In this document: positions 56,194 to 64,000 of the stretch, one piece after another
How positions within the stretch are numbered: position 1 is the stretch's first letter
Layout of the letters: each line of letters opens with the position of its first letter
From: an uncultured Chloroflexia bacterium
Lineage (GTDB): Bacteria > Chloroflexota > Limnocylindria > Limnocylindrales > CSP1-4
NCBI GenBank assembly: GCA_963778155.1
Contig: CAVZTK010000021.1
Location: 351 to 64,350 of the forward strand
Reading direction: 5' to 3'
DNA length: 64,000 nucleotides
Translations under genes and position numbers: made by a program
The notes under the pieces: model-generated
The model's input: the letters and a program-made list of their open reading frames with translations, nothing else
Database searches by the model: none
What the model was told of the DNA's origin: nothing

Positions 56194-57879
56194 ATGCCCG
56201 AGACCATGAGCGCCGTCGGTGCCCGCCCCGTCCGCGCGCCCCGGGGGAGCGAGCTCACCTGCCGCGGCTGGGCCCAGGAAGCCGCCCTCCGGATGCTCAT
56301 GAACAACCTCGACCCGGAGGTGGCCGAGGACCCCGATCACCTCGTGGTCTACGGCGGCACCGGGCGCGCGGCGCGCTCGTGGGAGGCCTTCGACGCCATC
56401 GTCCGCGAGCTCCGCCGACTCGAGGACGACGAGACGCTGCTCGTCCAGTCGGGGAAACCGGTCGGGGTCGTCCGGACGCATCCCTGGGCACCGCGGGTGC
56501 TCATCGCCAACTCGAACCTCGTCGGCAAATGGGCGACCTGGGAGGTCTTCCGCGAGCTCGAGCGCGACGGGCTGATGATGTACGGCCAGATGACCGCGGG
56601 TTCGTGGATCTACATCGGGACGCAGGGCATCCTGCAGGGCACGTACGAGACGTTCGCGGAGGCCGCCCGTCAGCATTTCGGCGGGACGTTGCGCGGGACC
56701 GTCACCCTGACCGCCGGTCTGGGCGGGATGGGCGGCGCCCAGCCGATGGCGATCTCCATGAACGAGGGCGTGTGCATCGTCATCGAGGTCGACGAAGCGC
56801 GCGCCCGCCGGCGGCTCGACATCGGCTACGTGGACCGGCTCACCGCCGACCCGGCCGAGGCGCTCGCCTGAGCCCGCGCGGCGGCACGCGACGGCACGCC
56901 GTTGAGCATCGCGCTCGTCGGGAACGCCGCCGAGATCGAACCCGCCTGGGCGGCGGCCGGCGAGCGGTTCGACCTCGTCACCGACCAGACCTCGGCGCAC
57001 GACGCGCTGGGTGGCTATGTCCCCGACGAGATGACCGTCGCCGATGCCCTGATCCTGCGCGGCACGCAACCCGATGAGTACCAGCGTCGTTCGCGTCGTG
57101 CGATGGCCGCCCATGTCCGCGCGATGCTCGACTTCCAGCGCGCGGGCGCGGTCGTGTTCGACTACGGCAACAACCTGCGCGCGCAGGCCCAGGAGGCAGG
57201 CGTCGCGGACGCGTTCGACTACCCGGGGTTCGTGCCGGCGTTCATCCGGCCACAGTTCTGCGAGGGCCGCGGCCCGTTCCGCTGGGCCGCGCTGTCCGGG
57301 GACCCGGCCGACATCGCCCGCACCGACCGAGCCGTCCTCGAGCTCTTCCCCGACGACATCGGTCTCCGCCGGTGGATCGAGATGGCCCAGGCGCGCGTGC
57401 CGTTCCAGGGGTTGCCGGCCCGGATCTGCTGGCTCGGCTACGGGCAGCGGGCGAAGGCCGGTCTCGCCTTCAACGAGCTTGTCGCGAGCGGCGAGGTCAG
57501 CGCGCCCATCGTCATCGGGCGTGACCATCTCGACGCGGGCTCGGTCGCCTCGCCCAACCGCGAGACCGAGGCGATGCGCGACGGCTCGGACGCGGTCGCC
57601 GACTGGCCGCTCCTCAACGCCCTGGTCAACACGGCCGCCGGTGCCTCGTGGGTGTCGATCCATCACGGCGGCGGGACGGGGATCGGCTACTCGCAGCACG
57701 CCGGGATGGTGGTCGTCGCCGACGGGACGCCGCTGGCCGCCCAGAAGCTCGAGCGGGTCCTCACCACCGACCCGGCGATGGGTGTGCTGCGCCACGTCGA
57801 TGCCGGCTACGAGCGGGCGATCGAGGTCGCCCACGAACGCGGCATCCGCGTGCCGATGCTGGACGACCCGACCGCCTGA
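56194..57879 (+). CDS. hutU: Urocanate hydratase, interrupted by one in-frame TGA at 56869-56871
   Basis: Track ORFs 56194..56871 and 56902..57879 are in the same frame. The sequence reads straight through the stop: ...[11 protein letters not shown](TGA)[22 protein letters not shown]... Motifs: [58 protein letters not shown]. Confidence 0.9.
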
Positions 57880-57929
57880 CCGGACCTGGTGGCGTGCGCT
57901 CCGAGCCCTCGGCCGGCAGCCGCGCGGTC

Positions 57930-57935
57930 TAGCAT
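57930..57935 (+). promoter_or_regulatory. Putative -10 hexamer TAGCAT, 6 nt upstream of GTG 57942 (leaderless-type)
   Basis: TAGCAT cgtggc GTG read directly. Confidence 0.4.
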
Positions 57936-57941
57936 CGTGGC

Positions 57942-58910
57942 GTGCTGATCGAGTCCGTCCCGAACGTGTCCGAGGGCCGCCGCCTCGACGTCGTCGACAG
58001 GCTGGCGGCCGCGATCGAGGACGGCGAGGGCGTCTTCCTCCTCGATCGGACGAGCGATGCCAGCCACAACCGCTCGGTGTTCACGATGGCCGGCGAGCAC
58101 ACCGCGGTCGCCGACGCGCTCGAGCGGCTGGTCGTCGCCGCGATCCACGAGATCGACATGGACAGCCATACCGGCGAGCACCCGCGCATCGGCGCCGTCG
58201 ACGTCATCCCGTTCGTGCCGCTGGCCGCCACGACGCTCGACGACTGCGTCGAGCTGGCGCGGGCGTTCGGCAAGCGGATCGCGACCCGCTACGAGCTGCC
58301 GGTGTTCCTGTACGCGGCGGCGGCGACCCGGCTCGAGCGGGTCAAGCTGGCCGACGTCCGGCGCGGCCAGTACGAGGGCCTCAAGCACGAGATCGTCGAC
58401 CACGGGCGCGAGCCCGACTTCGGGCCGGCGCGTCTGCACCCGTCGGCCGGCGCGGTGGCCGTCGGCGCGCGGCCGTTCCTCATCGCCTACAACATCAACC
58501 TCGATTCCCGCGACGTCGAGCTCGCCAAGCGCATCGCCCGGCGGATCCGCGAATCGGGCGGTGGCCTGCCCACGGTCCAGGCGAACGGCTTCTGGATCGA
58601 GGAGCTCGGCCGCGCTCAGGTGTCGATGAACGTCCTCGATTTCGCGACGACGCCCCTGTGGGTGGTCTGGGAGACGGTCCGTGACGTGGCCGCCGAGGAC
58701 GGCGTCTCGCTCGCCGAGTCGGAGCTCATCGGGCTGGCACCGCTGGCCGCGTTCCTGGCCGTGGCCGACCGCGCCGGCAGCCCGTCCGAGGACCCGATCG
58801 AACGACGCCTGAAGGCCGCCGCCGGCTTCCTCCGGCTGCGCGACTTCTCGCCGATGCAGGCGCTCGAGCTCCGTCTCGAGGCAGCCCGGGCCAGCGAACC
58901 GGCACGATGA
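57942..58910 (+). CDS. ftcD: Glutamate formimidoyltransferase (FTCD N-terminal-domain type)
   Basis: Track ORF 57942..58910. Motifs: MLIESVPNVSEGRR, SHNRSVFTMAG, HPRIGAVDVIPFVPL, RPFLIAYNINL. Confidence 0.9.
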   Translation: MLIESVPNVSEGRRLDVVDRLAAAIEDGEGVFLLDRTSDASHNRSVFTMAGEHTAVADALERLVVAAIHEIDMDSHTGEHPRIGAVDVIPFVPLAATTLDDCVELARAFGKRIATRYELPVFLYAAAATRLERVKLADVRRGQYEGLKHEIVDHGREPDFGPARLHPSAGAVAVGARPFLIAYNINLDSRDVELAKRIARRIRESGGGLPTVQANGFWIEELGRAQVSMNVLDFATTPLWVVWETVRDVAAEDGVSLAESELIGLAPLAAFLAVADRAGSPSEDPIERRLKAAAGFLRLRDFSPMQALELRLEAARASEPAR

Positions 58911-60301
58911 GCGGCAGCCCGTTCCGGCTCATCCACGGCGGGCGGAGCGAGGAACCCACGCCGGGCCTGCTCATCGTCGGGGCGTCCGAGATCGTCACGA
59001 TGGCCGGCGGGATCCGGGCGGGCGCCGCCCAGGGCGAGGTCGGTCGCTTGTCCGCGGCCGAGGCCGGCGGTCCCGGCTCGGCGGATGCGCCGGTGGTGGC
59101 CTGCTGGGAAGGCCGCATCGTCGCGGTCGGACCGCGCGCGGCGCTCGAGACCGCCCTCGAGGCTGAGGCCTACCCGCTCGGCCGGTTCGCGCGCATCGAC
59201 GCCGGAGGCGGGACCGTCAGCCCGGGCCTCATCGACCCGCACACCCACCTCCTGTTCGCCGGATCGCGTGAGGGTGAATGGGAGATGCGCCGGCGAGGCG
59301 CCGGATATCTCGAGATCCTCGAGGCGGGCGGCGGGATCCTGTCCACGGTCGCGGCGACGCGTGCCGCCTCGCTCGAGGATCTGATGGCGCACGGCCGGCG
59401 CTGGCTCGACGAGATGCTCGGCCACGGGGTCACCACGATCGAGGCCAAGTCCGGCTACGGCCTCGACCTCGAGACCGAGATCCGCCTGCTCGAGGCTGCC
59501 CATCGCCTGGGCCAGGAAGGTCCGATCGACATCGTGCCGACGTACCTCGGGGCGCACGCTGTCCCGCTCGAGTTCCGCTCGCGTCCGGGCGGCACCGAGG
59601 CCTACGTCAGATCGGTCATCGAGGACCAGCTGCCGGGCGTGGCCGCGCATGGTCGGGCGCGCTTCTGCGACGTCTTCTGCGAGGGCGGCGTGTTCAGCGC
59701 CGACCAGTCGCGCCGGATCCTCGAGGCGGCGGCCGGGTTCGGCATGGCTCCCCGGTTGCACGCCGACGAGCTGGCACCATCGGGCGGCGCCGAGCTGGCG
59801 GCCGAGATCGGCGCGTTCTCGGCCGACCACCTCGCGACGCCGTCGGACGCCGGCATCGATGCGCTAGCAGCGGCCGCGATGGCGGCGGCGGACGCGGATA
59901 GCGGCCGGCGCCCGGTCGTCGCGACCGTGCTGCCGGCCACGACCTGGTTCCTGATGAAGGACCACGCCGCACCGGCACGCCGGTTCATCGAGCGTGGCAT
60001 CCCGGTCGCTCTCGGCACCGACTTCAACCCGGGCACGTCGCCGACCGCCAGCCTGCCGCTGGCGATGACCGTCGCCTGCCTCGAGCTTGGCCTGTCGCCC
60101 GACGAGGCGCTCGCGGCCGTGACGATCAACGCGGCCTGGGCCCTCGGGCTCGAGGAAGAGGTCGGTTCGATCGAACCCGGCAAGAGCGCCGACCTCGTCG
60201 TCTGGCGTGTCCCGACCTCGACCCAGATCCCGTACTGGCCCGCAGCCGACCTGGCGCGAACCGTCGTCAAGCGCGGGCGGGTGGTGCTGGACCGCGCCTG
60301 A
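58907..60301 (+). CDS. hutI: Imidazolonepropionase
   Basis: Track ORF 58907..60301, with an ATGA overlap. Motifs: PGLIDPHTHLLFAGSR, TTIEAKSGYGLDLETE, FCDVFCE, RLHADEL, GTDFNPGTSP. Confidence 0.9.
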   Translation: MSGSPFRLIHGGRSEEPTPGLLIVGASEIVTMAGGIRAGAAQGEVGRLSAAEAGGPGSADAPVVACWEGRIVAVGPRAALETALEAEAYPLGRFARIDAGGGTVSPGLIDPHTHLLFAGSREGEWEMRRRGAGYLEILEAGGGILSTVAATRAASLEDLMAHGRRWLDEMLGHGVTTIEAKSGYGLDLETEIRLLEAAHRLGQEGPIDIVPTYLGAHAVPLEFRSRPGGTEAYVRSVIEDQLPGVAAHGRARFCDVFCEGGVFSADQSRRILEAAAGFGMAPRLHADELAPSGGAELAAEIGAFSADHLATPSDAGIDALAAAAMAAADADSGRRPVVATVLPATTWFLMKDHAAPARRFIERGIPVALGTDFNPGTSPTASLPLAMTVACLELGLSPDEALAAVTINAAWALGLEEEVGSIEPGKSADLVVWRVPTSTQIPYWPAADLARTVVKRGRVVLDRA

Positions 60302-60316
60302 TCGCGGGACGGAGCG

Positions 60317-60991
60317 TCAGACGGGCTTGCCGCGTGCCTCGAGCAGGACGGTCGTCGTCTCGACCGGCAGGCTCGTCGCGGTCACCGTCAGCTTCGGCTG
60401 GGTGACGGCTTCGGCGCCCATCTCGTGGAAGAAGCGCTTGAGCGCGTCGGCGCAGTCGGCCTCGTCGTCGCAGATCGGCAGCGGCACGACGATACGCGGG
60501 TCGAGCTGGGCGACGATGGCCGCCGCTTTCGCCGGCGTCAGCGACCCGCCGATCGGCACGCACGCGATGTCGACCGAGCCGATGTCGGCGAGCTTCTCCT
60601 CGGACAGCAGGTGACCGATGTCGCCGAGGTGGATGGTGTGGACGCCGTCGACCTCGAGCACGAACGCGACCTGCTTCCCGGTCTCGGCGCCGCGCGCGTC
60701 ATCGCGGTATGTCCGCACGCCCGTCACGAGGACCTCGCGGATCTCGTACTCGCCCGGCCCGTCGAGGATGAACGCGTCGTCGAGGCTCGACGGCAGGAGC
60801 GTCCGCCCGTCCCGCGACGGCTTGCCCTTGCCCCGCGGCAGCGGCCGATCGTCCGGGTGGCTGAACGTCACGATGTCGCCGGTGATCCCCCGACCCGTCG
60901 GCCCGACCACCGACTGGAACGGGTCGCTGACGACGACCGCATCCTTCCCCCGAAGCCGCACGCACGTGCGCCCATACCAAGTGACTTCCAT
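60317..60991 (-). CDS. MBL-fold metallo-hydrolase (UPF0173-like)
   Basis: Track ORF 60317..60991. Sequence: MEVTWYGRTCVRLRGKDAVVVSDPF, TFSHPD, IHLGDIGH, ACVPIGG. Confidence 0.8.
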   Translation of the reverse strand: MEVTWYGRTCVRLRGKDAVVVSDPFQSVVGPTGRGITGDIVTFSHPDDRPLPRGKGKPSRDGRTLLPSSLDDAFILDGPGEYEIREVLVTGVRTYRDDARGAETGKQVAFVLEVDGVHTIHLGDIGHLLSEEKLADIGSVDIACVPIGGSLTPAKAAAIVAQLDPRIVVPLPICDDEADCADALKRFFHEMGAEAVTQPKLTVTATSLPVETTTVLLEARGKPV

Positions 60992-61025
60992 CCCGCGATT
61001 CTGACACAGCAGCCTGCACGGAGGA

Positions 61026-61430
61026 TCACGCCGTCGGATCTGTCTCCACGGGACGCTGCGCGATCAGTCGCATGACCTTGGACCCGCAGGATGGACAGAG
61101 CCCGGCGATCGCCGGGCGGCCGTTGGCCAGCACCACCGCATGTGCCCCGCCGATCTCGACCTGTCGTCGATCCTTGATGCAATAGGCCATCGACGGGTCT
61201 GTCGTGTCAGCAGGCGTGAGGAGGCGGGCCAGCTTCGCGGCGATCGATTGCCGTCGGGTCGTCGCCGAGTGAAGCTGCGCTCGCCTCTTCTCGATGAGCT
61301 GATCCGCCGACGCCAGCTTCAATTCGATGGCGGCACGCCGCCTTGCTGCGCGCCGGTCGATCCGTTTGGACCGATGACCGCCTTCGGCTGCGGCCTTGCC
61401 ACCCTCTCGCGATCTCGAGCTCATCTGCAT
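61026..61430 (-). CDS. Basic coiled-coil protein with a C-terminal DUF5679-like (degenerate zinc-ribbon) domain
   Basis: ATG 61430 lies within track ORF 61026..61610 and is preceded by GGGAGGAG. Sequence: RRAARRRAAIELKLASADQLIEKRRAQL; MAYCIKDRRQVEIGGAHAVVLANGRPAIAGLCPSCGSKVMRLI. Confidence 0.6.
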   Translation of the reverse strand: MQMSSRSREGGKAAAEGGHRSKRIDRRAARRRAAIELKLASADQLIEKRRAQLHSATTRRQSIAAKLARLLTPADTTDPSMAYCIKDRRQVEIGGAHAVVLANGRPAIAGLCPSCGSKVMRLIAQRPVETDPTA

Positions 61431-61550
61431 GCTCCTCCCAGTCGCGGTCGACCGCAGAACCGTAGCCGACCGGGTCAAGCCCCGCGATGCCCCGATAGTC
61501 ACAGCCCGCCAACGCGCACCCGAACGCCCCGAATCCGAGGTTAGGGTGAG

Positions 61551-61624
61551 CTCGTGGTCCCGAGAATCGGCGCCGATGGCGGTCGCGGCGGAGCCGTCCA
61601 ACGCACGCATCGGCCGTCAACGAC
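61551..61624 (-). repeat. Copy C (short form) of the dispersed intergenic element, 5' of the DUF5679-like gene
   Basis: It has the same ends as copy A (GGTCCCGAGAATCGG at 61556-61570; GGAGCCGTCCAACGCACG at 61590-61607). A further 17 nt are shared with copy B. The internal ~55 nt are missing. Confidence 0.7.
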
Positions 61625-61645
61625 GCCGCCTTCGTCGCAGACACG

Positions 61646-61691
61646 AGACAAAGAAAGACCGGAGGCGCCTGCCCAATCGGCGCCTCCGGTC
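61646..61691 (-). terminator. Strong intrinsic-terminator-like hairpin (13-bp GC stem plus T tract) on the minus strand, upstream of repeat copy C
   Basis: The minus strand reads GACCGGAGGCGCC GATTGGGCA GGCGCCTCCGGTC TTTCTTTGT. Confidence 0.5.
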
Positions 61692-61840
61692 GAGGGAGGG
61701 AGGGATGGAACCGTTTCGGGTTCGTCCAACCCAGACACTACGACGCGCTGATTCAGGGTCTAGGCGGCATCCGATTAAGAAAGCGATATCGGCGGAGCCC
61801 GAAACGGCGGATCGCAATTCCCGTGCGACAATCCCCGCCC

Positions 61841-63175
61841 ATGTCACACCCGATCGCCGCCTCCCATCGCCGCCTCCCCGCGATCCTGACCGTCGCCGTC
61901 GTCGTCGCCCTCGTCAGCAGCGCGTGCGCTTCGACCACGCCCTCGGCGAGCTCGACTCCGACGTCCGGGCCGACCGAGAGCCCGGCCGCTCCCAGCGTCG
62001 CGCCGAGCACCTCGGCCGCCGGCTCGCCCTCGGCCGGCTCCGCTGCCGCCGCCGACGCCATCTACGACACGGTCGAACAGCAGGTCGAGGCCATCCGCGG
62101 CCTGCAGGCCAAGCGCCCGGTCGCCCGGCAGCTCATCAGCGAAGACGAGCTCCGCACCATCCTCACGACCGAGTTCGACCAGGAGACGCCGCCCGCTTTT
62201 CTCGCCGCGAACGAGCGGCTGTACAAGGCGCTCGGGCTCATCCCGGCCGACGCGAACCTGCGGACGCTCAGCCTCGACCTGCTGAGCAGCGGGGTCGCAG
62301 CCTTCTATCGCGACGACGAGGGCAAGCTCTATGTCGTCTCGAAGACTGGCGAGCCCGGCCCGGTCGAGCGGTTCTACTTCTCGCACGAGTTCGACCACGC
62401 GCTCCAGGACCAGAACTCGACGATCTTCAAGGATTTCCACGGCGTCCTCGACCAGAGCGACGAGCTGCTCGCCCGGCAGGCGATCTACGAGGGCGACGCG
62501 ACCCTGCTGATGACCCAGTGGGCGGCGGCCAACCTCGGCCCGGCCGAGATCGGCGCGCTGTTGGCCGCGGGCAACGATCCGACGGCCCAGGCGGTCATGG
62601 CCAAGACGCCGCCGATCCTGAGCCAGACGCTCCAGTTCCCGTACACCACCGGCTTCGCCTATGTCACCAATGTGCAGAGCACGGGCGGCTGGCCGGCCGT
62701 GAACGCCTACTTCACCAGGATGCCCAAGTCGACCGAGCAGATCCTCCATCCCGAGAAGTACGCCTCCGGGGAACTGCCGGTCGCGGTGACCATGCCCGCC
62801 GACCTGGCGACCCGTCTCGGTAGCGGCTGGAGCGTGCCCCTGCAGGACACCTTCGGGGAGCTGCAGCTCGGCATCTGGCTGCGTGGCGCGGGCGTGGACG
62901 GCGCCGCCGCGACCAAGGCCGCGGCCGGCTGGGGCGGTGACCGGCTGGCGGTGATGGACGGTCCGAACGGCGCGTGGAGCGTCGCGCTGCAGACCGTCTG
63001 GGACACCGATGCCGACGCCACCGAGTTCGAATCGGCGGCCAAGACCGCACTCGCGAAGGCCGGCGGCGCGGCCCAGGTGCTGCCGGGCACCGGCGGCAAG
63101 ACCCGCTGGGTGGTCGTCGGGAGCGATGCGGCCACGCTCGGTCACGTGGCGAACGTCCTGGGCCTTGCCAACTGA
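61841..63175 (+). CDS. Lipoprotein with an HExxH zinc-metalloprotease motif
   Basis: ATG 61841 lies in track ORF 61823..63175. Signal and lipobox: LPAILTVAVVVALVSSAC. Ser/Pro/Ala linker. Catalytic-type motif FYFSHEFDHALQD, followed downstream by YEGDATLLM. Confidence 0.7.
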   Translation: MSHPIAASHRRLPAILTVAVVVALVSSACASTTPSASSTPTSGPTESPAAPSVAPSTSAAGSPSAGSAAAADAIYDTVEQQVEAIRGLQAKRPVARQLISEDELRTILTTEFDQETPPAFLAANERLYKALGLIPADANLRTLSLDLLSSGVAAFYRDDEGKLYVVSKTGEPGPVERFYFSHEFDHALQDQNSTIFKDFHGVLDQSDELLARQAIYEGDATLLMTQWAAANLGPAEIGALLAAGNDPTAQAVMAKTPPILSQTLQFPYTTGFAYVTNVQSTGGWPAVNAYFTRMPKSTEQILHPEKYASGELPVAVTMPADLATRLGSGWSVPLQDTFGELQLGIWLRGAGVDGAAATKAAAGWGGDRLAVMDGPNGAWSVALQTVWDTDADATEFESAAKTALAKAGGAAQVLPGTGGKTRWVVVGSDAATLGHVANVLGLAN

Positions 63176-63235
63176 GGCGCCGCAACTAGAGTATCGATCA
63201 CCTCGAGCTCACGGCCCCAACATCGGAGTTCGTCG

Positions 63236-63828
63236 ATGCCAGCACTGACGCCGTCACGAATCGTCGCCGCCATCGCCGTCCTGCTCCTGGCGGCCGGGAC
63301 CGTCGTCGCGGCCAGCCCGTCGCCGTCGCCGTCCGCGTCGGCGGGCGCGAGTGGCAGCGGTGGACTGGAGTCAGCCAAGGCATCCGAGTCGCCCGAGGAG
63401 TCCGAAGCCCCGGAGGCGTCCGAAGCCCCGGAGGCTCCGAAGCTCCGGAGGCGTCCGAAGCCCCGGAAGCGTCCGAGGCGCCTGAGGCATCGGATGACGC
63501 GAAGGGTTCAGAGTCGCCCGACGCCGACGAAGCCCCCGGGACGCCCCCATCGGCGGCCGAGGCTGCGGACATCGTCGGAAGGCTCAAGGCTGCCGGGATC
63601 ACAACGACCACGGCGGCATTCCAGGCTCTCGCGGCGAAGGTCGGCGTCGGCGGAGCCGTTCGGACGCTGGCGTTCGCGCAGGCGAGCGGCAAGACCCCGG
63701 ATCAGATCGTCACGATGTTCCAGGGAGGCAAAGGCTGGGGCCAGATCGACCACGAGCTCGGGCTGAAGATCAATCCCGGGATCGGCTGGATCATGTCCGG
63801 CGGCCACGGCAGGGGTTCCGCCAAGTAG
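63236..63828 (+). CDS. Secreted protein with SEAPEA hexapeptide repeats and a small C-terminal helical domain; frame broken inside the repeat at about 63435
   Basis: The signal peptide MPALTPSRIVAAIAVLLLAAGTVVAA is in track ORF 63236..63766. After the 17-nt repeat unit, my shifted reading gives EAPEASEAPEASEAPEASDDAKGSESPD...IVGRLKAAGITTTTAAFQALAAKVGVGGAVRTLAFAQASGKTPDQIVTMFQGGKGWGQIDHELGLKINPGIGWIMSGGHGRGSAK, ending at TAG 63826-63828. Confidence 0.55.
63401..63489. repeat. Five tandem units of TCCGAAGCCCCGGAGGCG (18 bp); the second unit is only 17 nt
   Basis: Units at 63401, 63419 (17 nt), 63436, 63454 and 63472, read directly. Confidence 0.85.
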
Positions 63829-64000
63829 GACCGGTATGGCCTCGAGCGAAGTCATGTTGATCCGGTCCGACGGGACGGTCGCCTAATTCGGCGAGCAAGC
63901 CGATCACGGAACGGTCAGACCAACCTCCGCAAGCCGACTGATCACGTCGAGGCAGGTCCGCTCGATAGCGTCATCTCCGCCCGCGTATTTCCCGCCGACG

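Noticed and set aside
56869-56871. Alternative genetic code (TGA as sense) suggested by the in-frame TGA in hutU
   Set aside because: TGA clearly terminates many genes here, including numerous ATGA/GTGA junctions. A single site is better explained by a point change.
63904-64000. Partial minus-strand ORF at the right edge (…VGGKYAGGDDAIERTCLDVISRLAEVGLTVP stop)
   Set aside because: Only 32 codons are visible, with a weaker GC3 bias and no recognisable motif.

Overview
Very GC-rich bacterial chromosomal segment; third codon positions are almost all G/C (no value computed). Promoter style, Cheo-type SOS boxes, many GT87/DUF2029 genes and a dodecin suggest an Actinomycetota-like or related monoderm lineage, but taxonomy cannot be fixed from the sequence alone.

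Layout:
- 1-29.4 kb: a very large glycan-assembly cluster. It holds a WbpB/DegT/hexapeptide-acetyltransferase trio, three GT2 polyprenyl-phosphate sugar synthases, about 12 GT-C membrane glycosyltransferases (mostly GT87/DUF2029 paralogs), a GT4, a nucleotide-sugar dehydrogenase and two SDR epimerase/dehydratases. It also holds a methyltransferase, an acyltransferase-3, a CelD-like GNAT, a PIG-L deacetylase and a fused membrane/spermidine-synthase-like protein.
- 29.4-34.5 kb: pcm, a low-complexity membrane protein, a DUF5317-MFS fusion and an HD-GYP phosphodiesterase.
- 34.5-38.5 kb: a visibly lower-GC stretch carrying a decayed STAND NTPase-TPR-wHTH-BTAD regulator.
- 38.5-46.7 kb: dodecin, a zinc-ribbon protein, dnaB, lexA, a DUF1232 protein, rplI, a large GT-C-like membrane protein, dinB and an SOS-box-controlled small ORF.
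- 46.8-60.3 kb: a THF-linked histidine-utilisation set (cyclodeaminase, folD, fhs, hutH, hutU, glutamate formimidoyltransferase, hutI) with embedded MFS, DedA, FAD-oxidoreductase and GNAT genes.
- 60.3-64 kb: an MBL hydrolase, a DUF5679-like protein, a lipoprotein HExxH metalloprotease and a secreted repeat protein.

Many genes cannot be read in one frame, and these frame breaks are clustered rather than evenly spread. The longest ORFs in the track are often off-frame GC artefacts. No rRNA, tRNA, CRISPR array, transposase or integrase was recognised.

The most interesting items are the GT-C supercluster, a LexA-controlled small ORF behind dinB, a three-copy intergenic repeat sitting 5' of genes, and a DUF5317-MFS/HD-GYP module.
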